DNA of 64,000 nucleotides from contig NC_087436.1 of NCBI RefSeq assembly GCF_036321535.1, positions 57,414,001-57,478,000 on the forward strand, in the 5' to 3' direction. A model generated the notes under the pieces. It had not been told where the DNA came from, ran no database searches, and worked only from the letters and a program-made list of their open reading frames with translations. The translations under genes and the position numbers were made by a program. The DNA is from Camelus dromedarius (lineage: Eukaryota). Position 1 is the first letter of the stretch. Each line of letters begins with the position of its first letter. Shown piece after piece: positions 1 to 12,430 of this stretch.

Positions 1-49
1 ATTTCACCCTTACTCCAGCCACTATTCCAGATAAAGTCATTTGCATTTC

Positions 50-341
50 CAGAATATCCAAAAGTGTGTCCAAGGGACACTAGCACCAAGAGGGCTTCTG
101 CAAGAAAAAGGTCCTGTGCCATCAACTTTGAAAAACACCCTCTTGGAAATTTATGAAGAAGTCTGCCTATTAAAAGCTTTAAGAAGAAACCCGTGGAAAA
201 GAAAACTTGTATGATTTTGTTTAATTCAGCATTTCCCCACTTTATCTGACTTTCATTCCCTTTTCTCATTTTTCTCCCCCCATAACATGTATTAATAATC
301 CGGAGAGCTAAAATTTTGAGGAAGACACTTGAGAAATAGTG
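50..341. mobile_element. Non-autonomous hAT-Charlie DNA transposon (ancient MITE)
   Basis: Degenerate terminal inverted repeats: CAGAATATCCAAAAGTGTGTCC at the start, and the end GGAAGACACTTGAGAAATAGTG. An internal CAGCATTTCCCCACTTTATCTGAC copy resembles Charlie-family MITEs. Subfamily not determined. Confidence 0.65.
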
Positions 342-3149
342 CCTTGAGCCACAGGAGCAACTCCTCGTGGGCATCTGCGGCCCTGCCACACACGTGTAGT
401 CACAGCACCAGAGCTGCCTGGGTGGCTTCTCTATGGATACCATTCAGATGACGTCAGCAAACGCTGTACCTGCCTGCCTAAAGACCTAGGTAATCAGCGC
501 ACCGCCGAGTATCTTGAAGGAAGAATTACAGTCACTTCTAAAAGAAATAATTCTCAAATTTGAACTTACAGGTACATATAAAGATAAAAGGACACCACGG
601 CCACATTTTCTTAATGAGAATCTGGGTACAAAACGAGCTGGAGTTTCCCTGCCTCCTGCACCCGCCGCCCTACAGCGTCTGCGGAAGGGGAGAGCTTTCT
701 TCATGGCGCTCATCATTGGTAGTTGTCTGTGGCTGCTTGATGGATGCTGGCTGCCCTTTCTAGAACACGTGCTAATTAACCATCTTCCTCCCTGCCTGAT
801 ACGGAGCAGGCACCTATTTATTGATTGAATATGCTTAACACAATTTTTTGGTAAACGGATCCTACCCTCAGATTCTACGTTTTTCTTATCATTGATGCTC
901 TTTCTAATTGATTCCATTCCCTCCTACTCATCTATCCCTTCAATAAATATTTAAAGAGTGATTTCATGCCAGGCGTTTCCTTGGGCACAAATTTTATGTT
1001 AAACCACAACGGTACATTTGGCCAGAGCGGCCTGGGCAGTGCTGAAATCATTTCTTTTTAATACCCTCCATTCATGCTAATTTATTCTTTCATTCGTTTG
1101 CATATTCATGTAGGAAATGATGATTTCTCACTCTTTCTTCTCGGTGGTATCTGGTATCACTTATGATGTGTCATTATTTCTACACCTAGAAAATAATTTG
1201 GTTTTAAAAATAGTCATTGAAGTATACGTACTCTGTGTCATCCATTTTGATTCTAATAGGACGAATGGGCCTTCAATCCAAAGAATTTGTTTACTTGTAG
1301 CATTTGTGGGTTCAGGAAGCTGGTGGTAGAAGTTTGTGAGGGAAAAAGAAACGAGACTCCGCTATGTGTCTTCAGGTATTGTCACATCCAACCACGGCTT
1401 TATATGGTTGAGGTCATGAAGCACAGGTGCCTGAGGTGAAGCAGAGAGAGCCCATCTTTGGGGATACACAGAGCCATTGGGCCATAGGCTGCCTCAGTCA
1501 AGCTCTGACTAGCCTACAACGAATCCCAGGAATACAGACCGGCACAGAATAGAAGTGTTGGAAGAAATGAAAGTGTTCTCTAATCCCGGAGTTCCGCTCT
1601 ACATTTTTGCCACAAAATTTAATGCTCTTGGAAATTCCATCAGAAAGGTTCTTACTAACCCTCCTTTTTATTATATCACAAAAGCTATTTAAGGATTAAA
1701 GAAAGTTTAGCAAAATCGAATGCACTGCCTTAAAGACTAATGGGATGAATCCATATAATGAATGGGATTCTTTTTTCAAACATTCAAAAGCTCTCGCAAG
1801 TTTAAATGGACTTAAAATCACACCTAAAGGAAAGATTTGCCTTTTCAGTATAAACAACACTGTTATGTGTGTGTGTAGCAATGCAAGAATCCAGCTGCGA
1901 AGTTCTTAATGAGTGCAAAGAAAAATTTCAGTTCCATGGAATGACCGTTTTTGTTATATGCAGAATTTCCACAAGATGGCAGTCTTTGCTCATAGAGAGC
2001 AAAGTGTTACTCTGGTTACAGTTAACCTGTGGGTTTGAAACGTTAAAGTAAAAACTTGGTGCTGTAAACACTACTATCAGAAACAAAGTTGCATATTAAG
2101 ACTGTGATGAGCAACTGGATTAGTAAGGCCTCTTCTTGGAGTGCAGTCAGAAAAACTCCTGCCGTTTAGTCTAGAGTGATGATAGCTCTACTTGGTTTTG
2201 AGTTATTATGGTGAGAATTAATGAGGCCATAAACAAAAGCATTTTGTTCATTGCTTGGCACTTAGTAGGCTACCGAAACGCAAAAGCTGGAATTATTATT
2301 GTCAGCATGTGTGACAACCATTCTTTCTCTGGACCTGTTCTGGTACATACCTCATAATAGAGAATTACATTCACAGATGAGTCAGTGAATGATTCATGAT
2401 TCACTGACAAGAACACTGCATTTCCTTCTTTTACCAAAAAGTATTAAAACATTTGTAATCTCATTGAACAGAAAAATCTTACAAGTCTATAAAACCTAGC
2501 TTCAATTTGAAAATGCCTAATAGATCAATCCTGCCTGCATTAAATTCTTTATTGATATAAACGAGCAAATTTCAGGGGAAAGAAATAGGGAAGCAAAAGA
2601 TCCTTCTTTCATATTCAAATAAAAACACTCAACAGGTTTGAGGCATTTATCTTAAAAAGCTTTTTACTTACTTTGAAGATAACAGCCTCATTTGTGTGTG
2701 AGAATTGCATTATTGATCGCTTACCATCCTTAATTGTTACTCTAGAAACTGATTTTCAAATTAAATTATTTATTAAAAAACCCCGAGTCGCTGAAAGATG
2801 GGTGCAAATTTCTCATCACACGTAGTAACTTTGATTCTACCTGTGAATTCTACGGCAGTCTAAAGAGTCCTTCCTAATTTTGTTTTACTTACTTATCGGT
2901 AAATTCCTGCTGAGTTTTTAAAAAAGATATTGGTAAGAAGACCTCCCGACTTTTGTAGTTGGTTCTGCTGGGAAAGAATTTGGGGGTAATCAGGCATTTA
3001 AAAAAAATAAGGCAAGAATTCCTTTCTCAGGCTAAGTATGGAGGAACTCCTGTGATTCTTTTGCAAGTGGAACTTCCCCTCATCTTCACAGAAGCACAAA
3101 CTACTAGAACAGAAACGAATGAAAACATCATCTATTTTCTCTACCTCCC

Positions 3150-3480
3150 TCCACTCATTCTATGGGTGAGGAAATTGAATCACAAAGAACAATAATTCCC
3201 CCAAATCATTGCATTTAACACACAGAAATAATTTGTATATCACACTGGGGTAATCAGAGGTCCTTTGCAACCAGAAGGGAGAGACTGGGGGCTCCAGCCA
3301 CTGCAGGCTGTGCCTTGGTTGTTTCAAGGGCTGAAGGAATCAACATTTTAGCAATATTCTAGTACATCATCTAAGACACATCTGTTGGGAAGCACTGCTG
3401 TAGAGATTAAATGACTTTTTTAGTGACTAACACTGAGTAAGTAGTTGAGCTGGGACTGGAACTCAGGACTGTCTTCCAAT
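3150..3480 (-). mobile_element. MIR SINE apparently split by a hAT-type MER insertion (~3195-3400)
   Basis: The MIR core CATTCTATGGGTGAGGAAATTGAATCACA resumes as ATTAAATGACTT...GAGCTGGGACTGGAACTCAGG after a segment ending GGGAAGCACTG, which resembles a Charlie TIR. Confidence 0.5.
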
Positions 3481-3610
3481 ACATTTCCCCGTTACCATAC
3501 ACAGCTTCTACTATGTAACTTTGGAGAAGAGCTGTCTCCTAGTTTCAGAGACTTATTAGACTCTGAGTGAAATTTTCATCAATATGTTTCCTCAAACCAC
3601 ACAATGTAAT

Positions 3611-4637
3611 TGTAGCACAATTGCAAATTTATTCACACTACAATTTGTGTGTACAAAGAAAATGGAGCTTTTCTCTAGAACTTACTGATTTTTCTCAGGA
3701 GGACTGGGTCTGCTGAGCAGTGGGAACCAAACTAAAATTAGCTCTATGATATAAAATTTAATCTGATCTAATAATTTAACATGTCTCCAGCTGTAGCTCA
3801 ATTGACTTGAGAGAATTACTCCATCTTTCCGATTCCTCCCCATTTCCCTCGCTCTTTTCCAAGATGGTGTTTCAGGATTTGTGGATGGCATCATGTCACC
3901 AGTGTGGGTGTTTGGTCGGGGGAGCTGCTGGCCTCTTGCTGGTCCTTGGACTTGCTCTGGCAGCTCTCCTTTGAAGTTCCGTGGGCCTGGGTCCAATCCT
4001 TAGATATTCGCTGGTGACTGCTGCTAAAGTGGGCCGAGGCGCTAGGTCTGCTCAAGTTGACTGGTGTCCTTCTCGACTCCTTCAGGGCTGTGGCCTCCTC
4101 TGCTGACGCAGCCTCCAAGGTGCTGTACACCTTGCTAGCTTCCACCATTTCCTTCATCTCAGCCCCTGACTACTGTGTAGCCCTTCAGACCCTACTCTGG
4201 TGTCACCCTGTCACTCACTCTGGAGGGTCTTGAGGGTGGCGTATGTGCTCTGCCTCAGCATTCTCACCTTACTCTTATTCTTATGGGAGGAAGGGAGGCC
4301 TGGGGATGAAGACTGAGCCTTCCTTTGGTTTTTCCTGACCACGTGGCTCTGGCTTCTCAGCCGCCTGAAGTCTCCTGTGTTGGTGCAGAGCCTGGTGGGC
4401 CCGGGGAGCTCCCCTCAGAAGCTCAGATGGGAGAGGACGCGTCAGGCCCTCTGCCCTTGTGTCTTTCAGTCTGTCTGACGTCTGCCTCACCACTCGCTCA
4501 TCTCCCAGCCCCTGCCCTCCACTGGCAACCTCTGACCGGAAGAGGTGCAACTTTCCTTTCCTTTCCTCGAAATCCTTCTTACACCCCAGGTCTTCAATGT
4601 TCTTAGCCTGTTGTGGTAAAAGGGAATTTTTGCTACA
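3611..4637 (-). mobile_element. Solo LTR, probably ancient mammalian Gypsy class (MamGypLTR/LTR85-88-like)
   Basis: Starts TGTAGCA (3611) and ends TGCTACA (4637), a perfect 7-bp inverted repeat. TAAT lies on both sides (3607-3610, 4638-4641). The interior is GC-richer than the flanks, with a minus-strand AATAAA at 3628-3633. Family is from recalled resemblance only. Confidence 0.7.
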
Positions 4638-5504
4638 TAATGAGAGAAACTCTTTGATCTGAGACCTCCAGGCATTTCTTCAGTTTGGAAGCACTGAGGC
4701 AACTTGGAGCTAGGGATTGGTGAGGAGGAAAATAGATTATTTTAATATTTCAAAAACTTTTTATCTGTTACATACATGTGAGTCTTACATAACCACATTA
4801 AAAAGATATTTAGGAGTCTCTTTACTTATTAATGTTACCTGTCATTGAGAAAGAAATTTGGGAATAACTGAAAAAAAAAAAGCATTTTTTGACACAGTGA
4901 GTGGATCAGTTTTCATCCAGAATACCCACATTATTAAATTGATTTGCTGGGTGCTCACAAAATTTTCCTCTCCTTGGTTACTAAGAAAGAATTAATAATA
5001 ACATGCAGACAAATTTCAGAAAAACATCAGCTTGATAGGTTTTTCATTCATTCATCACTTCTTTCATTCTGGTCTTGGAAAATGTAGGTAAATTTGCATT
5101 GAAGAAAAAACACTTATCAAAGATTGAGATCTAACACTAAGCTGGGTGGAGCGGCCCTCTGACTAGCATGCTGTTATTGCTATTCGAACATCGGAGTTGA
5201 AAAAACAAATTCTATCAGCCTCCTATGAATCAGGCATTAGTTGATTTTTTTTCTTAAGTAAAATCTCTTAATGAGTTTGTAGTATTCAGCACAACAAATA
5301 TTCATTGATAACATCTAATCCCTCAGTCACAGCCTAAAGGAGACTATTAGAAGGTATTTCCTTTGCTTTATTTGAATTTTTAACTAGTTCTTCCAGTTAG
5401 TTGAGCCAAAAGCCAGTTGCTTAAATCCAACCTACTGAGATTGCCTAAAACCATACAGGTGCACATGGCATTTCAAATAAGTTCACAAGTATCACCTTTT
5501 AGAG

Positions 5505-5632
5505 CAGGGTCAGCAAACCTTTTGTGTCAGGGCCAGACAGCCGAAGTTTTAGTGTTGGTGGGCCATGTGGTCTCTGTCGCAGCTACTTAACTCTGCCATA
5601 GCCAGGTTTGGACCCACAGTTGCTGATCTCCT
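5505..5632 (+). mobile_element. MER58A-like hAT-Charlie MITE, internally deleted
   Basis: CAGGGTCAGCAAACCTTTTGTGTCAGGGCCAGA...GGGCCATGTGGTCTCTGTCGCAGCTACTTAACTCTGCC matches the MER58 5' part. It ends in a TIR-like AGTTGCTGATCTCCT. Confidence 0.8.
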
Positions 5633-5639
5633 TTAGAAA

Positions 5640-5800
5640 CCCCATAGCAAATTAACTCTATGAAGTCAACAAATTTCCATTTTCACTGATGAAGATGTTG
5701 ACGTTGAGAGGTCTTAAATGACTTGGCCAAAGTCACATTATTTGAAAGCATCAGAGTCTATTTTAAAGCCAGAGATTTTGACTCTTAGTCTAGCTCTTTT
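5640..5800 (-). mobile_element. MIR SINE
   Basis: CCATTTTCACTGATGAAG...AAATGACTTGGCCAAAGTCACA MIR core. Confidence 0.7.
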
Positions 5801-6799
5801 GACTATGTCTTTACATCTTACTAGAATGTAGTAATGCCTGCTAGTAATGTATCTGTGTACAGAGTTATGAGTACAGAGTTACCACGTGTTGATTCTGTAT
5901 TTGACCACGTTGAGAAAGAATTTGATGTACACACTTTATATTAATAATGACAGTATAATAATTCAGATGAATTTTGGATTTCCTTGGTTTTCTGATTATT
6001 CTGAGACATACATTTGAACATTTGTCTTGCGATTGGGACCACCCATGTTCCAAGAGGGACTGCCTTAATTATTCAAGATCAGGTAGTATTTGTTGTCTGA
6101 GGTTCTGTATTTGCTGGATCATTTTCCGGGCAATGGAAACTGTATTTTGGAATCAAAGAGATATGAACAGATACATTACCACTAAAGGATATTCCAGGGA
6201 CATGATTATGATTTAATAAGAATGGGTAAGATAGTTGACTGAGGCAGAAGAGGTGGTGTCTCATATAATCAAAAATGTACAAATGTTTTTTACTTATGTA
6301 TGACTAGAAGCACTGTAAACTAATTAGAAGTTTTTCAGGGTTGGTGAAGAATTACTAGAGATGATTAATGAGAATGACAGCATGTTAGTACTGGATAGTA
6401 TCTGGGGGCTGAGATCATATTTAACTCCTGCCCAGTGAGGTGAAGTGACCTGCCCAGTTCCCCACTGCAGGGCCAAGTCAACAGGGCTGGATGTAAATCG
6501 CAAGCTCAGTTCTTGTTGAAGACCACTGCATGTCAGAGACAGGCATAAAAAGAGAAGTTTCCTGTCCTGCTTCAAACCTGGTATCTCACTTCCTAATATG
6601 AAGAAGCTAACTTGATAAAATCTTTAATTGGTCAGATCTGATTTTCTTATTAAACAGTGTTCTATGTCCCTGTGCAGTAAGTAATGTCTTCCTAAGGCAT
6701 TCATTTTTCTGTGTATGGGAAATAAAGTGTAAACTTTATCCAGAAGACTTATTTTCCAAAGGAATAACAGTAAGAAATGCATGCATAATGCAGCAAAGT

Positions 6800-7070
6800 G
6801 TATAAAGCACTTATCAAAAACACTGCATATCATTTGATTTACATCCTAAAATAATCTCGTGAGGGAGAAATTATAGTGATAGATTGAATGATTGATTGAT
6901 CCCTCCCTCCCTCCTTCCTTATTCTTTTAAAAGACTTTATGAAGGCTAGTGTTATTAAGTTCTCATTTTAAAGCTGAGAAGATGGAGGCCGTGAGGTGAA
7001 GAAAACTGCCCAAGGTTGCAAGGCTGCTAAGTGATCCAGCCAGCTCTCAAACCCAGCCCTTGTGGCTCCT
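6800..7070 (-). mobile_element. MIR SINE with an internal low-complexity tract
   Basis: CTCATTTTAAAGCTGAGAAGATGGAGGC...ACTGCCCAAGGTTGCA...TCAAACCCAG. Confidence 0.6.
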
Positions 7071-9224
7071 GCACTTTTTTCCAAATGCGCCATCAATATC
7101 TCAGCATCCTTAAAGAAAACCAGTATAACTGGAAGCTGCCTCTTTATTTCCCGGCACTTTATTAGTTGAAGATTTGACTACTCAACTTCCTTGGAAAACA
7201 TGTATTCCATTGTATCCATTTACAAACATTACACTTGGTGTAACACATCCTGCTGTCCCTGGAGAGCCACATGAATATCGCATGAGTTCATTAATCTCTC
7301 TGCGATTAGAGTAAACGTCAGATGCATTCATTATCATGAGGTACTTTGGGGACTTTGCCAATGTTATCAAAACAAGGCAGTGTGTTCAAAATAAGGAAGT
7401 CTTTACTCAGTGGAAGTCAACGTACTGTGAAGTTTCCATTATGTTATGCAGACTTCCACAGTTAGCCTGATGCAATTTTTCCTTTGATAGCCCATGAAAG
7501 GTATAATACTTATTAAATGACATTTAACTCTTTTGAAAACTGTGCATTATTTAAGCTTTAACACTTAAAACAATTTTTATGTTCAAATACTGATGAGATT
7601 TTTGTTGGCTCTAACAGTCACCGTACTTCACAGATTTGTTGTTCGGTTGAAGATGAACCCTAAAGTTGACATACATGGTGCCCATTCAGGTTGCTCTCTC
7701 TAGGTTAGAGTCATCTCCTCCACCCCAAGTCTTGCACTGCCCAAGAGAGCAAACTCTGCCTTGTTCGCAGAGAAGCGATTGCTTGAAACATCAAATTAGC
7801 AACATGACGGATCTCAAGACTTTGGTGACTAGTGAACTTTAATTATTATATATTTTATGTGTTTATGCTGGCAGTAAAAGTCAAGCACTCATTATAGAAA
7901 TGGCAGACATGATCTTTCATAAAATGAGTGCTGGGCGGCAAATGAATAGATAATCAGGATAATGAAAGCGAGCCAGAAAGCTACTGGAGAGCTGAAAAGA
8001 CCCCGACGATGGCTCCCACGGAGATGGAGGGCATAATTGCAATTGGAAAGAGAACACTTCTGGTGATCTTTTAAAATGTCAGCTTCATCCTTAAGCTCAG
8101 TGTGGTATTTAGGTTATAGGGTAAAGGGGAAAAATTCTCTCATTCTGCAGAGCGAGAAACTGGCAGTGATCATCTCTGCTTACAGTCCCTCTTCAGATAG
8201 TACAACGCCTTCTTCTGCAGACCTTTCAAATGCATGTTTATGAAGAAGGGTCATAAAATCAAAATTATTTTGCTTAGTGGACGGCACACCTTTTATGAAT
8301 ATTTTCATATCTTTGTGTCTGACAACCAAATCTTAAAATAAGTGGAATCTTGATGTGCGTGCTGTGCGTAAATGGATAAAGACTGTGATATGTTTGTTTT
8401 TGGCACAGCCTAGGAGAAAGAAGATTATGGAGAAGGAGATTTTCGAATGAACAAATATTCTCATGAATATTTTCATAAACACTGAACTTTTTATAAGTTG
8501 AATAACCACTTAAATATATGGAGAGACTTCATTATTCCAAGACCTGTTTTAGTAGTAGGTACTTCAATAACTGGTGAATTCTTTTATGATGCAAATAACA
8601 TCTCTTAACTTAGAGGCTGTATATTGATATATATGCAAAAAAAAAAAAACCCTCAAGGCTTATTTGTATTAAAGTTGGTGGATAAATTCAGTGTAATTAA
8701 TTAAAATTCTCAGCCAAGAGTTAGACCACTGGTAACATTACAACTTTAGGACAATAATTTTACTATGTTTTACCTGTATTTTCATAGAGGGAAAGTTTGA
8801 AGGATTCTTTTTTAAAATTCTAACCTTTTAGGTGTATTGTGTTATATTTAGCATTATCCCAGTTCTCCTGGAAAAGTGTTTCAAATTTTTTAGTGAGAGC
8901 ATTAAGACAATAACATAACAAACTTTTCTCAAAGTGACTCGAACCACAGAAAACGTGTCTCTTCCACTTTAGACATTTTAGAAAATGAACTCTACCTTCT
9001 AAACTCTTTTCAGCATGAACCTGAACATGCTACATTTCTATAAATTAGGAAAAAAAAAAATCCCAAAGCTGTTTCTTGGATGATTAACTACTGTGTGACT
9101 CCTCTGCAGCGTGATTATGTGCTCTGAGAGGGCAGTGCAGTGAAAGGCCCTGTGAAAAAGGGTGACGAAACCCTGGCTTTGGCATGATGGGCAGTAATGG
9201 GACAACCTTTTGGAGTAAGTGTTG

Positions 9225-9368
9225 TCTAGGAGGCCTCATAATGACATCTACCTGGCAGGCACCTTGATCTTGGACTCCTAGCCTTGAGAACCATGAGAGA
9301 GGAGGCTCTGTTGATTAAGCCACCCAGTCTGTGGTCTTTTGTTACAGCGGCCCAGGCGGACTGATACA
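9225..9368 (+). mobile_element. MLT1 (ERVL-MaLR) LTR 3' fragment
   Basis: GGCACCTTGATCTTGGACT...TTAAGCCACCCAGTCTGTGGTCTTTTGTTACAGCGGCCC...ACTGATACA is the typical MLT1 3' end. Confidence 0.85.
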
Positions 9369-10805
9369 CACGGCCGGTGAAACGCAGCACCGCAGCAAGT
9401 GTCACGGCGCCAGAGTGCGGCTGTCGCTCAGGCACGACCTGCCTAGTCAGCTGCTTTTCCAATTCTGGAATTTCTCTCTTTCTCCCTCTGAATCACGTCT
9501 GAGATAAAACTGGTCTCAGACTCAGACTCAGAACCTGTAGAATTTACGTTTCTTCATCTCCCTATCAATATATAAGACATTAGAAAAAACTAGGATACAA
9601 ATATCTTTCTTCTTTAAAATATCACTTCATAATTTGCAAAGCACTTCTATTCTCATTATCTTGTTTTTATTACACAGTCCACAAATTAAAACAAGTAAGT
9701 CCTCTCCTTTATTGTTTACTTTGATAAGCAAAGTTTTCATTTATAAACTTCCATTAATTTAACTCCTGTAACATGACACTTCTGTGTTTGGGACATTATA
9801 GCCATATAAGAACGTTTACTAAGGAAAATTAATCATGTAAACAAGTGTAAGAGAGAGATTTAAACTACTCAAGAAATGAAATTGTTTTCAAGTAATTCAC
9901 ATATGAAAACCTGATATGACAAACCTGAGAAACTACCTAAAATGATTACAAATCATTAATCAACACAAGAGCTCTAAAACGTATTTTAAATGCTAATAGC
10001 TTTACTTTAGTTGGTAGGAGACATTTTCTGTTAAAAGTGTAATGTCATAAGATGTGTAGCATTTGTTTTTGGGTTAATACTAAATATCCGCTTTTGGGGC
10101 CTGTGTTAGTAAGCAGGAACATACACTTTAAATAGAATACTTGGATTTTTAAAGTAGTTTCAGGAATAAGCCTTATTTGGCGTAGAAGGACTGCTGTCTT
10201 TTTTTTTTTTTTTTAATGAGGCAGCAAAAAGAGAGATAAATGGTTATTTATAAAAAAATTACATAATGTGCTGTGTAGCAGTGAGACCTGTCTAATTCCA
10301 CGCAGGAAGGGTAACTGATGTGTAACTGCTCTATTTCACAGTTCAGTTTTCCCACGCATGGGAGATACGTTGGGAATTAGTCTATTCCATCTTCTTGATG
10401 AGACTTATCTGTTACCTCAGATAACGCATCTGTTTTCTTCAACCAGCAGGACTAACTGCTTACTGAAGTTTTCAGCAGTTATCAGAAAGAAATTCTGCTG
10501 ACAGATATAAAGGAAATAGTATCTTTCTATGAGTCTATAAAACGAACCGGTGTAGATATGTTGCTGTTATGAAAGGGACGCCGATGCTCACAGTTCCCGT
10601 GTAAGCGCATGGGAGCTGCTTGCTGTTTTCCATGGTAATAGCGAGAGCTTTATGCGCGGCAGTGTTTACTTACTTAATGATGTTATGGGAGGCTTCAGTA
10701 ACTCAGAGAAGAGGCTTGATAAAAATTGAGTGTCATTCCATCCTGATAACAATTGTCAGAGGGATTGCGTGGCTGGCCTCTTCATGCAGAAATAGGTTTC
10801 ATAAA

Positions 10806-10807
<2 letters not shown>

Positions 10808-10869
<62 letters not shown>
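10808..10869. repeat. Uninterrupted (GT)n microsatellite, ~31 units
   Basis: Direct reading. Confidence 0.98.
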
Positions 10870-10873
<4 letters not shown>

Positions 10874-12204
10874 AATGGAGACATTTGCAAAGCCTGCTAT
10901 TTCTCTACCCCAAACCTGACAGAATCAACCCTTCATATCTGTTCCAAATCCAATTAGAAATGAAAGCAACCTAAGTGGGGATCTGAAATATTTCTAAAAT
11001 CCTTGATGAGTGATTGTGGGAGTGCAATGTACCCATGCTTGGATAGCCAGTTATGTTTTTCAGCAACTAAATCCATCAGAATATTGGTGAATTCTGAAGA
11101 ATCTTTAGCCTGCATATGGTGGTATAAGCAATACTGGATACCATGCTCTGTTTATTTCTAGATGAGTGAAAAGGATAAAACCCTCTGACAAAAGGATCAT
11201 CAAGATAAAACTCAAGCTACACAGGTCACTACAAATAATGACATTCCACATACAATAAATAGGCACACTACCATAGCAACGAGGGTAATGTGAGAAACAG
11301 ATCCATCCTGTAGTTATCAACACCCTTGCTGGCTTACTTTCTAGGAGAGGCTACACTCTACAAGACTATAGTGAATGTGCTTTCAAGTGATTTTCTTGTA
11401 GTTGTAATGGAAACAGAACACTGTGCACTCACCCAGTTCTCACAGTGAGGCATGACCTGCAACACGAATCAGAGGAAATTAAAATATAAGAATTGCTTCC
11501 AGAGTCCTTGTTACATTAAACACCAAGTTATCTCTCAGACAGTCTCAAAGATGGTCCACAGAGCTCTGGAGATCCCCCAGGATCTTTCGTATAAAAGAAC
11601 TTGTCTAAGATGCATGAACAAGATAAGGTGGTAGCAGGGCCAACATCTCAGGTTGAGTATGGAAGAAAGAAGAGAGTGGATGCTACTGCTTAACATCACT
11701 AATCATAGCCTGAGACCACTGGGCAGAGTTCCTAGGTTTCTGAATTTTCTTTCTAACATTTGCATTCCATTTTCCCTCAGCTCTGGGCAAAGGCTTCCTA
11801 TAAACATACAGATGGGAAGTGTGGCAAACAATGTCCGGGGAGATCATATCTAATAATTGATGGCAGGAATGTTGAGTCCCAGCATCCCCTGAGATCAGTG
11901 ATACCATTCCGTTTCTCTCCCATCATCTTCTCCTACCCCATCAGGTCTTATCACTTTCACTTAAGGATATGATCCATCTAGAAAACTGAGGATACCAATA
12001 TACCAGCTGTTTTAGTGGGCACAAAATAAGTGGATGAAATGAATTCCACTTCCAAAACTATTTGCAAATATGCAGGTGGATGTAAAGCACAGACATAATA
12101 AGTGGCTGGTGATCAAAGAGAAGTCAAGGAGTGACAGTGAGCTAGAGATAAGAGTTTAGGAAATGTGAATGACGGCAAATAATTCAGGGACTGAGATTTT
12201 TGGA

Positions 12205-12430
12205 AGGGGACAGTGGGGCAGTTAGGAGCATGAGTATTAGAGTAAGACAAACTTGGGTGGAATCCTCATTTCATTACTTCCTGCGTAGATACCAGCAAAG
12301 TAATGTGACCCCTCTGCGCTCCAGTTTTTCTAATGAAATAATTCCAATCTTAAATTGCATCGTCCATGCCAAGTGCTCAGCATGCTATCTGACATGTATT
12401 AAGTGCTCACTGCCAGGTAGCTATTATCAT
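12205..12430 (+). mobile_element. MIR SINE
   Basis: GTTAGGAGCATGAGTATTAGAGTAAGACAAACTTGGGTGGAATCC...AAGTGCTCAGCA...TAAGTGCTCA...AGCTATTAT. Confidence 0.7.

Noticed and set aside
3682..4702. Cluster of overlapping ORFs, including the 88-aa MKEMVEASK ORF, as a possible processed pseudogene
   Set aside because: Almost entirely inside the 3611-4637 LTR, where higher GC lowers stop frequency. No poly(A) tail and no recognisable parent protein.
9382..9403. REST/NRSE-like CAGCACC
   Set aside because: The right half-site GGACAG is missing.
10349..10376. RBPJ paired site (SPS)
   Set aside because: The orientation is TTCCCACG...TGGGAA, the reverse of the head-to-head SPS arrangement. Only the single site is retained.
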